A stretch of DNA of 63,474 nucleotides, filler included, from Octopus bimaculoides (Eukaryota): the NCBI RefSeq assembly GCF_001194135.2. It is 8 parts of 8 records of this genome, joined end to end, with 100 filler letters (N's around TTAATTAATTAA, not from the genome) between each part and the next. Parts side by side here need not be neighbours in the genome. Positions count along the whole stretch, not along the records: positions 24,179 to 45,006 come from NC_068985.1; positions 45,107 to 50,064 come from NC_068983.1; 6 more parts are not named here. One strand, given 5' to 3'. Position numbers and translations under genes: made by a program. The notes beneath the pieces were generated by a model. That model did not search any database and was not told the DNA's origin. It worked only from the letters and a program-made list of their open reading frames with translations. The first letter of the stretch is position 1, and each line of letters begins with the position of its first letter. This document shows positions 37,098 through 48,578 of the stretch, one piece after another.

Positions 37098-38039
37098 NNN
37101 NNNNNNNNNNNNNNNNNNNNNNNNNNNNNNNNNNNNNNNNNNNNNNNNNNNNNNNNNNNNNNNNNNNNNNNNNNNNNNNNNNNNNNNNNNNNNNNNNNNN
37201 NNNNNNNNNNNNNNNNNNNNNNNNNNNNNNNNNNNNNNNNNNNNNNNNNNNNNNNNNNNNNNNNNNNNNNNNNNNNNNNNNNNNNNNNNNNNNNNNNNNN
37301 NNNNNNNNNNNNNNNNNNNNNNNNNNNNNNNNNNNNNNNNNNNNNNNNNNNNNNNNNNNNNNNNNNNNNNNNNNNNNNNNNNNNNNNNNNNNNNNNNNNN
37401 NNNNNNNNNNNNNNNNNNNNNNNNNNNNNNNNNNNNNNNNNNNNNNNNNNNNNNNNNNNNNNNNNNNNNNNNNNNNNNNNNNNNNNNNNNNNNNNNNNNN
37501 NNNNNNNNNNNNNNNNNNNNNNNNNNNNNNNNNNNNNNNNNNNNNNNNNNNNNNNNNNNNNNNNNNNNNNNNNNNNNNNNNNNNNNNNNNNNNNNNNNNN
37601 NNNNNNNNNNNNNNNNNNNNNNNNNNNNNNNNNNNNNNNNNNNNNNNNNNNNNNNNNNNNNNNNNNNNNNNNNNNNNNNNNNNNNNNNNNNNNNNNNNNN
37701 NNNNNNNNNNNNNNNNNNNNNNNNNNNNNNNNNNNNNNNNNNNNNNNNNNNNNNNNNNNNNNNNNNNNNNNNNNNNNNNNNNNNNNNNNNNNNNNNNNNN
37801 NNNNNNNNNNNNNNNNNNNNNNNNNNNNNNNNNNNNNNNNNNNNNNNNNNNNNNNNNNNNATATATATATATATATATATATACACTATGTAATAATTAA
37901 GTAGTTTTCCTGCATTAAACTGCATGCTATTGTGCTCAGCCTACCTGTATATTGCGTCCGACTCCTGTTGCAAGTGCGCAACATCTCCAAGGTTTTATAT
38001 CCTCTCAGAGACTTTTGCATCGTCTGCATAGCTACTGGC

Positions 38040-38650
38040 AAGGATGGCTGTCTGAACAGCTGAAGGTATGTCTAAGAGGGCCACTATAAATAGCAGCAAA
38101 ATGACAGTGGAGTTAAACCATCAGCTTACCAAACCTATCTCAATCAAAACTGTTCGATCGTGGTGTCCACAAAGCTGGATACCAAGGGAGAGCTGCACTT
38201 GCTAAACCTCTCCTGTTCCCCCATTAACACGGGCAAGCGAGGAAACTGATGGTTAGACCACCAGAAGTAGTCAATGGTTCAATGGAATAATGTTATCTCT
38301 GATGAATCATCATTCACCATTTTTCCCACGTCGAGCAAGTTTATGCCTGGAGATACCCAAAGAAGCCTGCAGTCCTGACTTCTTGGTCCCTATCATGAAG
38401 TATGGAGGTAGCTTTGTGAGGATTTGAGCAGCCATATCACGGAGTGTGCTTGGCCCTTTATTTGTTCTACAAAGCAGAGTTAACGCTCAGGATTAATGGA
38501 ATATTTTGGCTAATTCTGTCCATCCTATGGCACAAACATTATTCCCTGATGGTGTCACAATTTTCCAGTGTAATAAGTTGACTCACACGACTAAAGCCAT
38601 TAAAAATTGGCATTAAGAGCACTAAAGTGAAGTAGACCACTTTGATTGTA
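38040..38650 (+). mobile_element. Tc1-family transposase pseudogene
   Basis: Frameshifted QWNNV-SDESSFTIF, KYGGSFVRI*AAIS, HPMAQTLFPDGVTIFQ. Confidence 0.8.
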
Positions 38651-39009
38651 AATATCTAGAATTCCGGTGTAATTTTGAAGAAATGGAGAAGTAAAAAATA
38701 TATTATGACCTACTTGCAATACGAAATGGAAACGAATGAGTAATAACTACAGAAGTGATACTGCAGTACTTGCACACATAAGAAGTCAATTATTTCCACT
38801 GACTTTTAAACATCATATGCATCTTTTCTGTTGCTATCACAGTTTTTTTTCTGTCTTCAAATCTGGTGCACCTATATAAATTAAAAACGTAAAAATAAAA
38901 ACAGAACACAAAGGATTCCGCGGTACACGTGTTTCAAGCTTTATAGTCTTTGCATCATTATATTGGTATATAATTGATAGACAGGATGGTATAAAGCTAT
39001 CTTCAGCCG

Positions 39010-39050
<41 letters not shown>

Positions 39051-39054
39051 GTAT

Positions 39055-39535
39055 GCGAGGGTGAATGGCCTAGTGGTTTGCGTGTTGCACTCACAATCCA
39101 GTGGTGCATTGTGTTCTTCAACAAATCACTTCGTTTCATGTTGCTTTGTGATTACTTCGACACCTGACGCATGGTACACAGTGCACCTGTTCAGGCAACG
39201 TCGATTTGATGGAAGAAGTGAGCTAATATGCGGTACGAACATTTGATCATTATAAACAAATAATTTGTGCCAGTCGTTCTGCAAAAGCTGAGCACTCATA
39301 CCTCGTCTTCGACTGGAGGATCCATCATATATATTTGTATGTGTGTGTTTTTGCGTCTGTGTTTCTCCACCACCATCAGTATAGGTGTGTTTACGTTCCC
39401 GTAATCTAGCGGTTCGGCAAAACAAACTGGTAAAATAAAGTACCAGGCTTTAAAAAAATAAGTACTGGAGTCGATTTATTCGATTGAAAATTCTTCAGGG
39501 CCGCAATCAGACTGAAACAAGTAAAAGATAAAGGA
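39055..39535 (+). mobile_element. SINE family D-like copy followed by a SINE family B tail
   Basis: GGCCTAGTGGTTTGCGTGTTGCACTCAC head; GCGGTTCGGCAAAAC...GACTGAAACAAGTAAAAG tail. Confidence 0.7.
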
Positions 39536-40104
39536 TTGCTTCCAAATAAATGCATGTAAGTTGCATACATATTTTTCTATGCGAATAAAGCATATACTGT
39601 ACGAATGAATTTTATTTTCCTCCCCTTAGTAACCAATATCTAGTTTTCGTATCGGTATTTCCAATAACCATGATGTGCTTTGATTTATAAATTTCCCATA
39701 TTTTCGAAATTACGCCGAGATTCTCCTTGTTTACAATTCCGTTTATTAAGTGTACAAAATCTAGGTTAACTATCATATATTGGGATATTAAGACACTTAA
39801 CAATTATAACGCTTTCCTCTACATAAAAATTTAGCAGTGAAAATACCCTTGCTTTGTATGCCGCCTACACGTTAACTGATACAAAATATATATAGACTGT
39901 AGTAATTGTAATTTTCCCGTGGATTTTTACACTAACAATTGTCAAATTGAGTTTGCGGTTGATGTGGGTGTTTCTGTTGCTGATGGTGGTGGTGATGGCG
40001 GTCGTGACGGCGGCGTGTGTGTGTGTGTGTGCGTACTAACAGTAGATGTAGAGCAGCAGCATCGCAGCCGCTGCAGATGTAATCACTGTCATCACAGATG
40101 TGTG

Positions 40105-40325
40105 GCCTAGTAGTTAGGGTGTTGCACTCACGATCACTAGACCGATCAATTCCCAGACCGAGCGGCGTGTTGTTTTCTTAAGCAAAACACTTCGTTTTAC
40201 ATTGCTCAAGTCGAGTCAGCTGTAAATGAATAACCATGGGATGGCTTCATTCGAAAGATGAAATTATGCAAATCACATTGTGACCACCAATGTATAACAA
40301 AACCCGATAGTCTGGTCGATCACGC
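40105..40325 (+). mobile_element. SINE family D-like copy
   Basis: GGCCTAGTAGTTAGGGTGTTGCACTCACGATC...GAGTCAGCTGTAAATGAATA. Confidence 0.65.
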
Positions 40326-40665
40326 GATCACGTAATATATGGTAAAACACTTGACATGTAATCTCAGAGATGTGAGTTCGAGTCTCATGGCTGGCCGGCA
40401 ACGTATTTTTCTGCATCATATGGGTAATTTATCCTGATCACGCTATTTATAGCATTATCACGCGTTTGAGAAATAAATTTATTTCTGTATCATATATATT
40501 CNNNNNNNNNNNNNNNNNNNNNNNNAATACATCTCAACACTTCTAAAAAAAAAAAATTTAAAAAAAAAAAACTTTGTTTACTTTCATCGTAAAGTTGAAT
40601 TTAACGTTAGCGTCTTATGAAGCTAAATTTATAAGTTCTAAAAATTGCAGAAGAATTCGTTGCTG

Positions 40666-40737
40666 GGCAGTTTAGTTTAATGGTAAAACACTTGACATGT
40701 AATCACAGAGATGTGAATTCGAGTCTCATGGCTGGCC
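40666..40737 (+). pseudogene. tRNA-Thr(UGU)-like pseudo-tRNA; 5'-truncated second copy starts at 40339
   Basis: 72 nt; D-arm GTTT/AAAC; anticodon loop CA-TGT-AA; T-arm GTGA(G/A) TTCGAGT CTCAT; acceptor GGCAGTT/GGCTGGC with one mismatch; anticodon stem has two mismatches. Confidence 0.55.
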
Positions 40738-40842
40738 GGCAACGTATTTTTCTGCATTATATGGGTAATTTATCCTGATCACGCTATTTATAGCATTATC
40801 ACGCGTTTGAGAAATAAATTTATTTCTGTATCATATATATTC

Positions 40843-40990
40843 TTTTACTTGTTTCTGTCATTTGATTGCAGCCATGCTAGAACACCGCCTTGGAGGGTTT
40901 TAGTCGAAGAAATCGACCCCAGGACTTATTCTTTGTAAGCACACGAGCATGGACTGTCAAGCGATGGTGGGAGGACAAACACAGACACAA
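40843..40990 (-). mobile_element. SINE family B tail
   Basis: TTTTACTTGTTTCTGTCATTTGATTGCAGCCATGCTAG...AAATCGACCCCAGGACTTA. Confidence 0.8.
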
Positions 40991-41104
40991 GAACACTTTT
41001 CGTCTGCACACCCTTTCATTTTGCCAACGAAAGCCCCCTACCACCATCACTCACACACGTACACATACACACTACCTCTGTTCACCTCCCACTATTTTTA
41101 CTTC

Positions 41105-41465
41105 TCACCGCGCCTCCACCCGAGCATTGCTGACTTGAAGAGTTCCGTAGAACACCTGCAAGTCGAATGTGGAGTGGATCTGGTTACCAGCTGTGTCCAC
41201 TATAAAGCTCGTACCACCGCCTGCCTTTGGCTGAGAAGGTTGAGTTGCTCAGGCGAAAGTGGATGCGTGAGGACCAGACTGTAAGATCTGAAGACGTGCA
41301 CCTTTCTCTTTGGTCAAGCACCTCGTCAACTTTTTCAAGCTACATAAGAAAAAGACAATGAGGGTAAAGTAGGAAATACTACCTCTCGGGAAATTTGTTG
41401 AAATGTGGATGAGAGTGGCGAGCATGGTCTGGATGGCCGGGCCTACTCTGAGCATGCAATAATAA
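41105..41465 (+). mobile_element. L1/Tx1-like LINE ORF2 C-terminal fragment
   Basis: Decayed frames ..SGQALVNFFKLHKKKTMRVK*EILPLGKFVEMWMRVASMV.. resemble Tx1 C-termini from memory. Confidence 0.55.
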
Positions 41466-41639
41466 ATTGGCGGACAACTTCGTCTTGTTACATATCTTTT
41501 CCTGAATAACAAAGCTCCCAGGAAGGCCAGAGGAGAGAAGTAATTGTGTTTGTCAGTAATTAGTGAATGCAAACAGTTACGAGTTAGATTAGAAGGATTT
41601 AACATAAAGAGAATGAGGAAATTAAAATAATTAGTCATT

Positions 41640-41985
41640 GAGATAACATATTTTTTCTTCTCTGCATAGTTATTTCGAAATACATTAATGTATGTTGGTC
41701 ACGCTATTAATTTTATTGATATTGTCAAAACCAGAAGTCAACTGCAGCATGCAGATAATTATGGAGCCTATAGGGATGTTAAAATTTGTGTGCAATAAAT
41801 TGGTTATACTTCTAAAATACATAAAATATTTTAACAATCTGTTTTTTATACATTTCCTAGTAATATTTAATCATAAAAATAAAATAGAAGTTTTTTTGAC
41901 GTCGGATGGCTATAGCGGTCCCACTACCACCTGTTAAAATAGTAATTAAAGGGGTCCATAGATAACAAATGGTTAAGAACCACTG
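41640..41985. mobile_element. hAT-type MITE related to 12377-12698 (inverted, partial)
   Basis: GGGGTCCATAGATAA...GGTTAAGAACCACTG terminus. Confidence 0.6.
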
Positions 41986-42385
41986 CTATAGAGTGCCTCG
42001 ACCTGCTAGAAACAAGTCAAATCAAGACATCTATGAAATGTCTGCATCAGTGGATTCAACCTTTCCACTTAACAACAACCCCCTAATATTTAAATGAATT
42101 TTCCCACGAACCCCAAACTTTAACATGTCTTCTAGCTCGTCACATCACACGGTTTGACGATAGTATCATCTAATCCTTCGCTACTCTATCTCCATGCATT
42201 CTAGAAGTGATTGCTTTAGAATTGGTTTCTCGAAAGTGATATGCATAGTTTTCCATTCTTCGGTAATAAAAGAGGAACATCAAACGATGCAAATACACCG
42301 TTCTTATTCAGACAGCCAGTTGCTATTTTTTTTCTATTGAATTTGGTTTTGAACGCTGTTCTTGCTATCATTTTTTTTTTAATTG

Positions 42386-42539
42386 GCTGAGCTGTGTGGT
42401 AAGAAGTTTGCCTTCCAATCACATGGTTCCGGGTTCAGTCCCACTGCATGGAACCTTGGGCAAGTGTCTTCTGTTATAACCTCGGGCTAACCAAAGCCTT
42501 GTTGAATGGAGTGGTTGATGGAAACTGAAAGAAACCCGT

Positions 42540-42574
<35 letters not shown>

Positions 42575-42805
42575 ATATATATGATATGTGTGTGTGTCTT
42601 TGTGTCTGTGTTTATCTCCCACTACCGCTTGACAACCGGTGTTGGTGTGATTACGTCCCTGTAAATTAGCGGTTCGGCAAAACAAACTGATAAAATAAGG
42701 GCCAGACTTTTAAAAAATCTAAGTACTGGTCAATTCTCTCGACTAAAACTTCTTCAGGGCGGTATCCCAGCATGGCCGCAATCTAATGGCTGAAACAAGA
42801 AGATA
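42386..42805 (+). mobile_element. SINE family B, full length
   Basis: Head, internal (TA)n/(TG)n and tail all present. Confidence 0.9.
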
Positions 42806-42934
42806 AATGATAAAAATGCTTGTTGACGTTTCATAGTTTGGTTGGTATCATAAATTCATTGAACTGTGCCTCCTAACAGAGAATGTACTGTAGCAGCTAT
42901 TCGCTTTCGTGGCATCTCGTATATAAAACCAAAC

Positions 42935-43142
42935 AATTTGGTTCCAAATTTTGGCAAAAGGCCAGCATGTTCGGGGTTAGAGGTAAGCCGATTACATCGA
43001 GTCCAGTGCTTAACTGGTACTTATTTTATCGACCTTGAGAGCATGAAAGGTAAAGTCGATCTCAGCGGAATTTGAACTCAGAACATAAAGACAGACGAAA
43101 TGCCGCTAAGCATTTTGCCACAATTCTGCAAGCTTGCCACCT
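42935..43142 (-). mobile_element. SINE family A
   Basis: GGTACTTATTTTATCGACC...AAAGGTAAAGTCGATCTCAGCGGAATTTGAACTCAGAAC. Confidence 0.85.
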
Positions 43143-43769
43143 TGAATCAAACAACAAGTACTTACAATATTTACGTTTATTACGTTTTGCTGGATGAACC
43201 ATTGTGAGTTTGTTTCCGTCACCTTTCCTTTTTCTTCTCCTTTTTCTTCACCTGTGTGATCTCTATTTTTCCGTTTTGACGTACTTACGCTTTTTTTAAT
43301 CATCGGTCTATAATTATCAAAAGATAAAACGGTCAGATAAAAAATACATTTCTTTGTCAGAGATGTAATTTAAAAAATGATAGGAAGTGAATAATTCATA
43401 TATATATACATATATATATTTGACATGTGTCAAGCTGAGTTTATCTATTTCCGGTTGATCATGCGCATGAGGAAATATTACACTGCATTCGCTATCTACA
43501 GTATTTATAGCAACAGTTTCGCAACTTGCTTATAACCTTAACATCTTCTCAAATGTAACTGCGTATCAACGTTCGGGACTCATGTATGCACTGTACACTT
43601 GTACCAGTCAATTAATGTTTTGATGTCATTGTATATTCGTAACGCTTCTATTGTGTGGTGTGATCTTGTCCAAGGTCACTTTCATCCTGAGCATGCAAAT
43701 TTTTTACATCTATACTCAGTGATTGCTTCACGCGTCAGTTTAAGGCACAAATACATAAAACAGTTTGAG

Positions 43770-44458
43770 ACACCCCCCTCTGACTTTGTTTCTTCATAAC
43801 TTCCAGAAAAATGGATATTTTTAATGAAATTTTCTTGAAACACGCTTCACATAGTGTATATTCTGGTTGTATCGGAATTTGTTGGGTAAAAATTTTCTGT
43901 GGGTGGGGAAAGCAGTTTCGGAAATTCACATGAGTCGACTTTGCTTCCTCATCTTTTTTTAATCAAATTTTCTACAAACACCTTTCAGAAAGTGTAGATT
44001 ACGATTATATCGGAATTTAATATGAAAAAAAAAAAACAAAATTGGTGGGCTTGCACATATACATACTGACACACATCACATATATCTACAAAATGAAACT
44101 TGAAATTTAAAAAAAAATTGTGATGTGTGTCCGTATGTATGTGTGCGAGCCATCAGTTTTCTTCTTTTTACTTCAGATTCCGATACAATCATTATTTACA
44201 TACTCTGAAAGGTATTTGTGGAAAATTTCATTAAAAAATACCCATTTTTCTGAAAGTCGTGAGGAAACAAAGATGACACGTGTGAATTTTCAGAAACTCC
44301 TCTCCTTACCCTAGGAAAATATTCTTTCACATCAGATTCTGATATAATCGATACCTGCACCTTCTGAAGCGAGTATTTCATTAAGTAGAAATTTTCATTA
44401 AAAAGTATTCATTTTTCTGGAAGTTATGAGGAAACAAAGTCGGCAGGGGCACACCTGT
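43770..44458. mobile_element. Foldback non-autonomous DNA element with modular inverted arms
   Basis: GACTTTGTTTCTTCATAACTTCCAGAAAAATG (left) is the rc of CATTTTTCTGGAAGTTATGAGGAAACAAAGTC (right); each arm has two related modules. Confidence 0.8.
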
Positions 44459-45106
44459 AAACGTATGTCTGTACTTTATCAGTATGCTACTTTTTGATTT
44501 TTAAATGTGCTCATATTTGAAGAAGAAAAAAGAAGTTAATACTAAATTTTCACAAGAATTTACCATCAATGACATCTTCAAAATGTAATGCTCACTTTAC
44601 AAGCCATCATCGCTGCTGGAAATAAGAGTTCGGTGAAGATTTCAATATTAAAAATATAGATTTTATGCACATAAAACACGTATAAGTTATATACATGTAG
44701 AAACACATTTAGAATATGTAGTGAAACTACCTATCGTCACTAGATACAAAACTACTATCGCCATTACATACAATCTTCTCATTTAAATATAAATAAATGC
44801 GAGCGTAGTAGAGAACCCATTCCTTGTCATCACGTGACTGATTAATATTCGAAGCGGCAACTTCTTCGAACTGTTCCCGCCAGAACGCAAACTGACCAAT
44901 CACAGCCCCTAATAAGGTCACGTGATAGAGTAAAATTCTGAAGCCATCGGGAGTCCATAGTTTGTTATAAATAGCTTTAACTCGGCAACCAAATTTGTCT
45001 CGGTCCNNNNNNNNNNNNNNNNNNNNNNNNNNNNNNNNNNNNNNNNNNNNTTAATTAATTAANNNNNNNNNNNNNNNNNNNNNNNNNNNNNNNNNNNNNN
45101 NNNNNN

Positions 45107-45146
<40 letters not shown>

Positions 45147-46470
45147 TCTAGGTGGCTTACAATTGCTTTACAATTCCGTGGTCCATGTCTCGTGGCCGAA
45201 TGCAATCCCAAAATGATTACAGGTAGAAATAAAACTCAGTTTGGACGGATGGTTTAGTGTTAGTAGAACATTAAGTCATTGGTTTCAGTTTGCTGATGTC
45301 TTGTACGATAGTGGTAACCGTCCACATGGCAATGGTCTACATCTGACATCTCAAAGGAGTTTCAGGCTTCTATCGTTGTTGGCTGTCTTAGAATTCGTGT
45401 TATTTTTTTTCGTATTAGAATTTGTAGACGCTTTCTTCTTTAATGCATTTTTTTTTATCTAACAAATCCAACCGTTTTCTTGTAAAATTGGCCTGTCTCT
45501 CCTTATTTTACTTTACATATTTGGAGAAATCTATGGCATCCCTCTTTTTTGCATATTTAAAAGCATATTTGATTTTTACCTAACGGTTCTTGAAAAATCC
45601 TCCTCTGCACTACGTAATATGGCAGATCAGAAAGAGTAGTGTTGACACTTATACAGTAAATCACCGCTTCTGCATTACATTTGCGGTCGAGAAAACATAA
45701 CTCACTTAATTTGTAACTATGTTGATATTTATTTATCCCCATCTGTTAGATCGGATGCTTGGTTACCGATTTTGTTACTATGAGCAGGGTCGCTAACGTG
45801 ATCACCAAATGCGTAGTTACTGGGTACATTTCGCTATTTAGTACGTTTACGGCTTACATTGCAATTTTCTATTCTGGAAAAGCAGTTGAAAATAGCCTCT
45901 GTATTGTTTCATTTGAATTATTGTGAAATTTGCTTATTAGCATGTACACGTTTGGAAATCAAATACAATGTAATGATTGCATTGTTCAATTAAGTGGAGT
46001 TGCATGAAACGATCGTATTGCATTACCTCTCGATATCCTTGTTGCTTATTTTGATTATATATATATATATATGTGTGTATGTATGTATGTATGTATGTAT
46101 GTATGTATGTATGTATGTATTATAAAAGTGTTTGTCTTTCTGTCAAGTTATAGAAAGAATTTAATATTAAGCAGAAGGATTAATGAAAACTGTTTTGGAA
46201 TCACATATTCAATATTACATTCGAAGTTTCGGCTTGCTCGCCTTTACTCGTCCGAGGAAGGCAAGTAAGCCAAAACTTCGAACTCACTGTTAGCATTTTC
46301 ACTATAAAAGTTGATATAAATATAGTTACCCGTGTGTCTAATGAACACACACGCATACACACACACACATACACACACATTTGTTATATTTATGATATCT
46401 AGCTATCTATTTACATACATTACATGAATACATACATACATGCACACATACATACGTACATACAGACATG

Positions 46471-46538
<68 letters not shown>

Positions 46539-46548
46539 NNNNNNNNNN

Positions 46549-46600
<52 letters not shown>

Positions 46601-47059
46601 TCCTATACACATACATAAATATATTATTTTTCTTAGAGTGACTTCTCGCTATCTAATTATCTAACACTTAAGACATTTAGGCGAGTGAGTACACAGGGGA
46701 GGCTCCAGCTATCTTCTGGATATTATGATACTGTTGTCGGTAAGCTCTTACATATACATATAATCCAGTTAAAAGTTTATCTCCCATCTCACGCGAATTC
46801 TATCCCTCTTATGAATGTGTGTATATGGGACAGACGTGTGACCACAATCAGTAGGAAGCGCCAAGTCTAGTTTATTATCTTTTTTGTACTATATAAAGAT
46901 AGATTTGTCAAGCATTCATGCGTGTTACTGCTTTTTACACGCTAAAAACTATTGCGTTACAAAATTTAGCTCGTTTCTTTTGGCCCATATAATTTATTTA
47001 CCTGTGTTTGTTGTATTCGAATGGCGTTAGCAATAATAATGATAATGATGATGATGATG

Positions 47060-47104
<45 letters not shown>

Positions 47105-47214
47105 TTTTCTACTCTAGGCACAAGGCCCGAAATTTTGGGGCAGGGGCCCCAGTCGATTAGATAAATTAAGTACCAGTTTGCGTACTGGTACGCAAACTGG
47201 TACTTAATTTATCG
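47105..47214 (-). mobile_element. SINE family A 3' fragment with (TAA)n tail and an internal perfect 26-bp inverted duplication
   Basis: TTTTCTACTCTAGGCACAAGGCCCG next to (AAT)n at 47035-47103; arms 47160-47185 and 47188-47213. Confidence 0.9.
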
Positions 47215-48199
47215 TTTTATTAATTTATAGGTTTTTTTTTTTTTTTGCGGCGGAGCACGAAGCAGATAAAACTACACCTACCATGTAGAATATTGAGTCA
47301 ATTAACCCTTGGATAGAAACAGTTAAAGATATTTCAACCCGAAATATTAAACGCTATTAGATATAGTTTTATCTACTTCAAGTCCCATCTGTAAAAATTA
47401 TACATCTACATGTACATAAATTCAATTCACAAAATATGGAGTTAACTAATCCGATGATTCTCATAAAGAAAGCTCCTTGATGTATCAGGCTACGAATTGC
47501 ATTCTTTATTTCTTGGTTATTAACGTTAAATATATGATTTTCTCTCTTCATTATTAAAAAAAAAAAATTATATATAAACTTCTCTTATACCAAAATTATC
47601 AACTATTTACTTTTTAATATCTTACTAAATTTCTCTATTATCTTCTATACAAAACCGTTTTATTAATTCTATTAATTTTGTTACTTATTGTCTCCCATAT
47701 AAGTGTTTTGAAAATTGACTCACTGCCTTTATATATGTTATGTTGATGTATAATTATAACCACGGGATTCTTTTGACCTGTTGAGCAAGCTTATTATCTG
47801 TATTAATTTATAAATTGCACAATTTCTATCATATATATTAATACAGACATTATTACTTTTTTTATAAAAATAAAATAATATGTACAAGTACATATTAGTA
47901 AGCTACGAAACAATTGTAGTTGAATATGGATATCCAATGGTAAAATAAATTTTATTCATCGTAAACTTCCTCTCTTTATTTAAATATTATAGATGTACAT
48001 ATATATCGATACAGTATCGAATAGATTTTGGCAAATCAACATACATGCACTTCCGTTACGTTTGGCTAGAAATATTACTCCAAAAAGAAAGTATTTAACT
48101 AGTGTATTCAGCAGTGTGTACAGAGTTAAGCAGATGTTTACTGGTGCTGGGAATCCTGCAATTCCGTATATTAAAGGTATAATTATTACATACGTACTA

Positions 48200-48250
48200 C
48201 TTGCCTGAAGAAGATCATGTGTATCTACAGATGAAACTCAGAGTAGCAAG
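48200..48250 (+). ncRNA. Type I hammerhead ribozyme candidate
   Basis: CTTGC-CTGAAGA-[21-nt helix II region]-GAAA-CTCAGAG-TA-GCAAG: 5-bp helix I, ACTC/GAGT helix III, GUA site; helix II register ambiguous. Confidence 0.55.
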
Positions 48251-48346
48251 AGGCTGAGTCAAAAAAAAAAAAAATCTATAAGTCTCTATTGCACAGTCTT
48301 TTTTCCAACAGATAATACTAAACGTATGCATATATATATATATATA

Positions 48347-48578
48347 CAGTAATCCCTCGCCGTATCGCGTTTCACCTATCGGAGTTTATTGCTTAAGCTT
48401 ACGTCGATCTCTCAGTGGTGTTGTTTTGCAATTATAATAAAATAAATATATATACAAATTATAAAAATAATAATAATAATAAATACAATACAGTACTGTT
48501 TCTACTTCGCAGATTTTCACCTATCGCGGTAGCGGGTGGGGTTGAAACGTAACACTTACGATAGTCGAGGGATTATGG
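48347..48578. mobile_element. pogo/Tigger-like MITE
   Basis: TA|CAGTAATCCCTCG ... CGAGGGATTATGG|TA. Confidence 0.75.

Noticed and set aside
46637-46739. Plus-strand exon candidate ending GTCG|GTAAGC
   Set aside because: Translation not recognisable, phase does not link to the 11845 donor, and splice-like motifs are common by chance.
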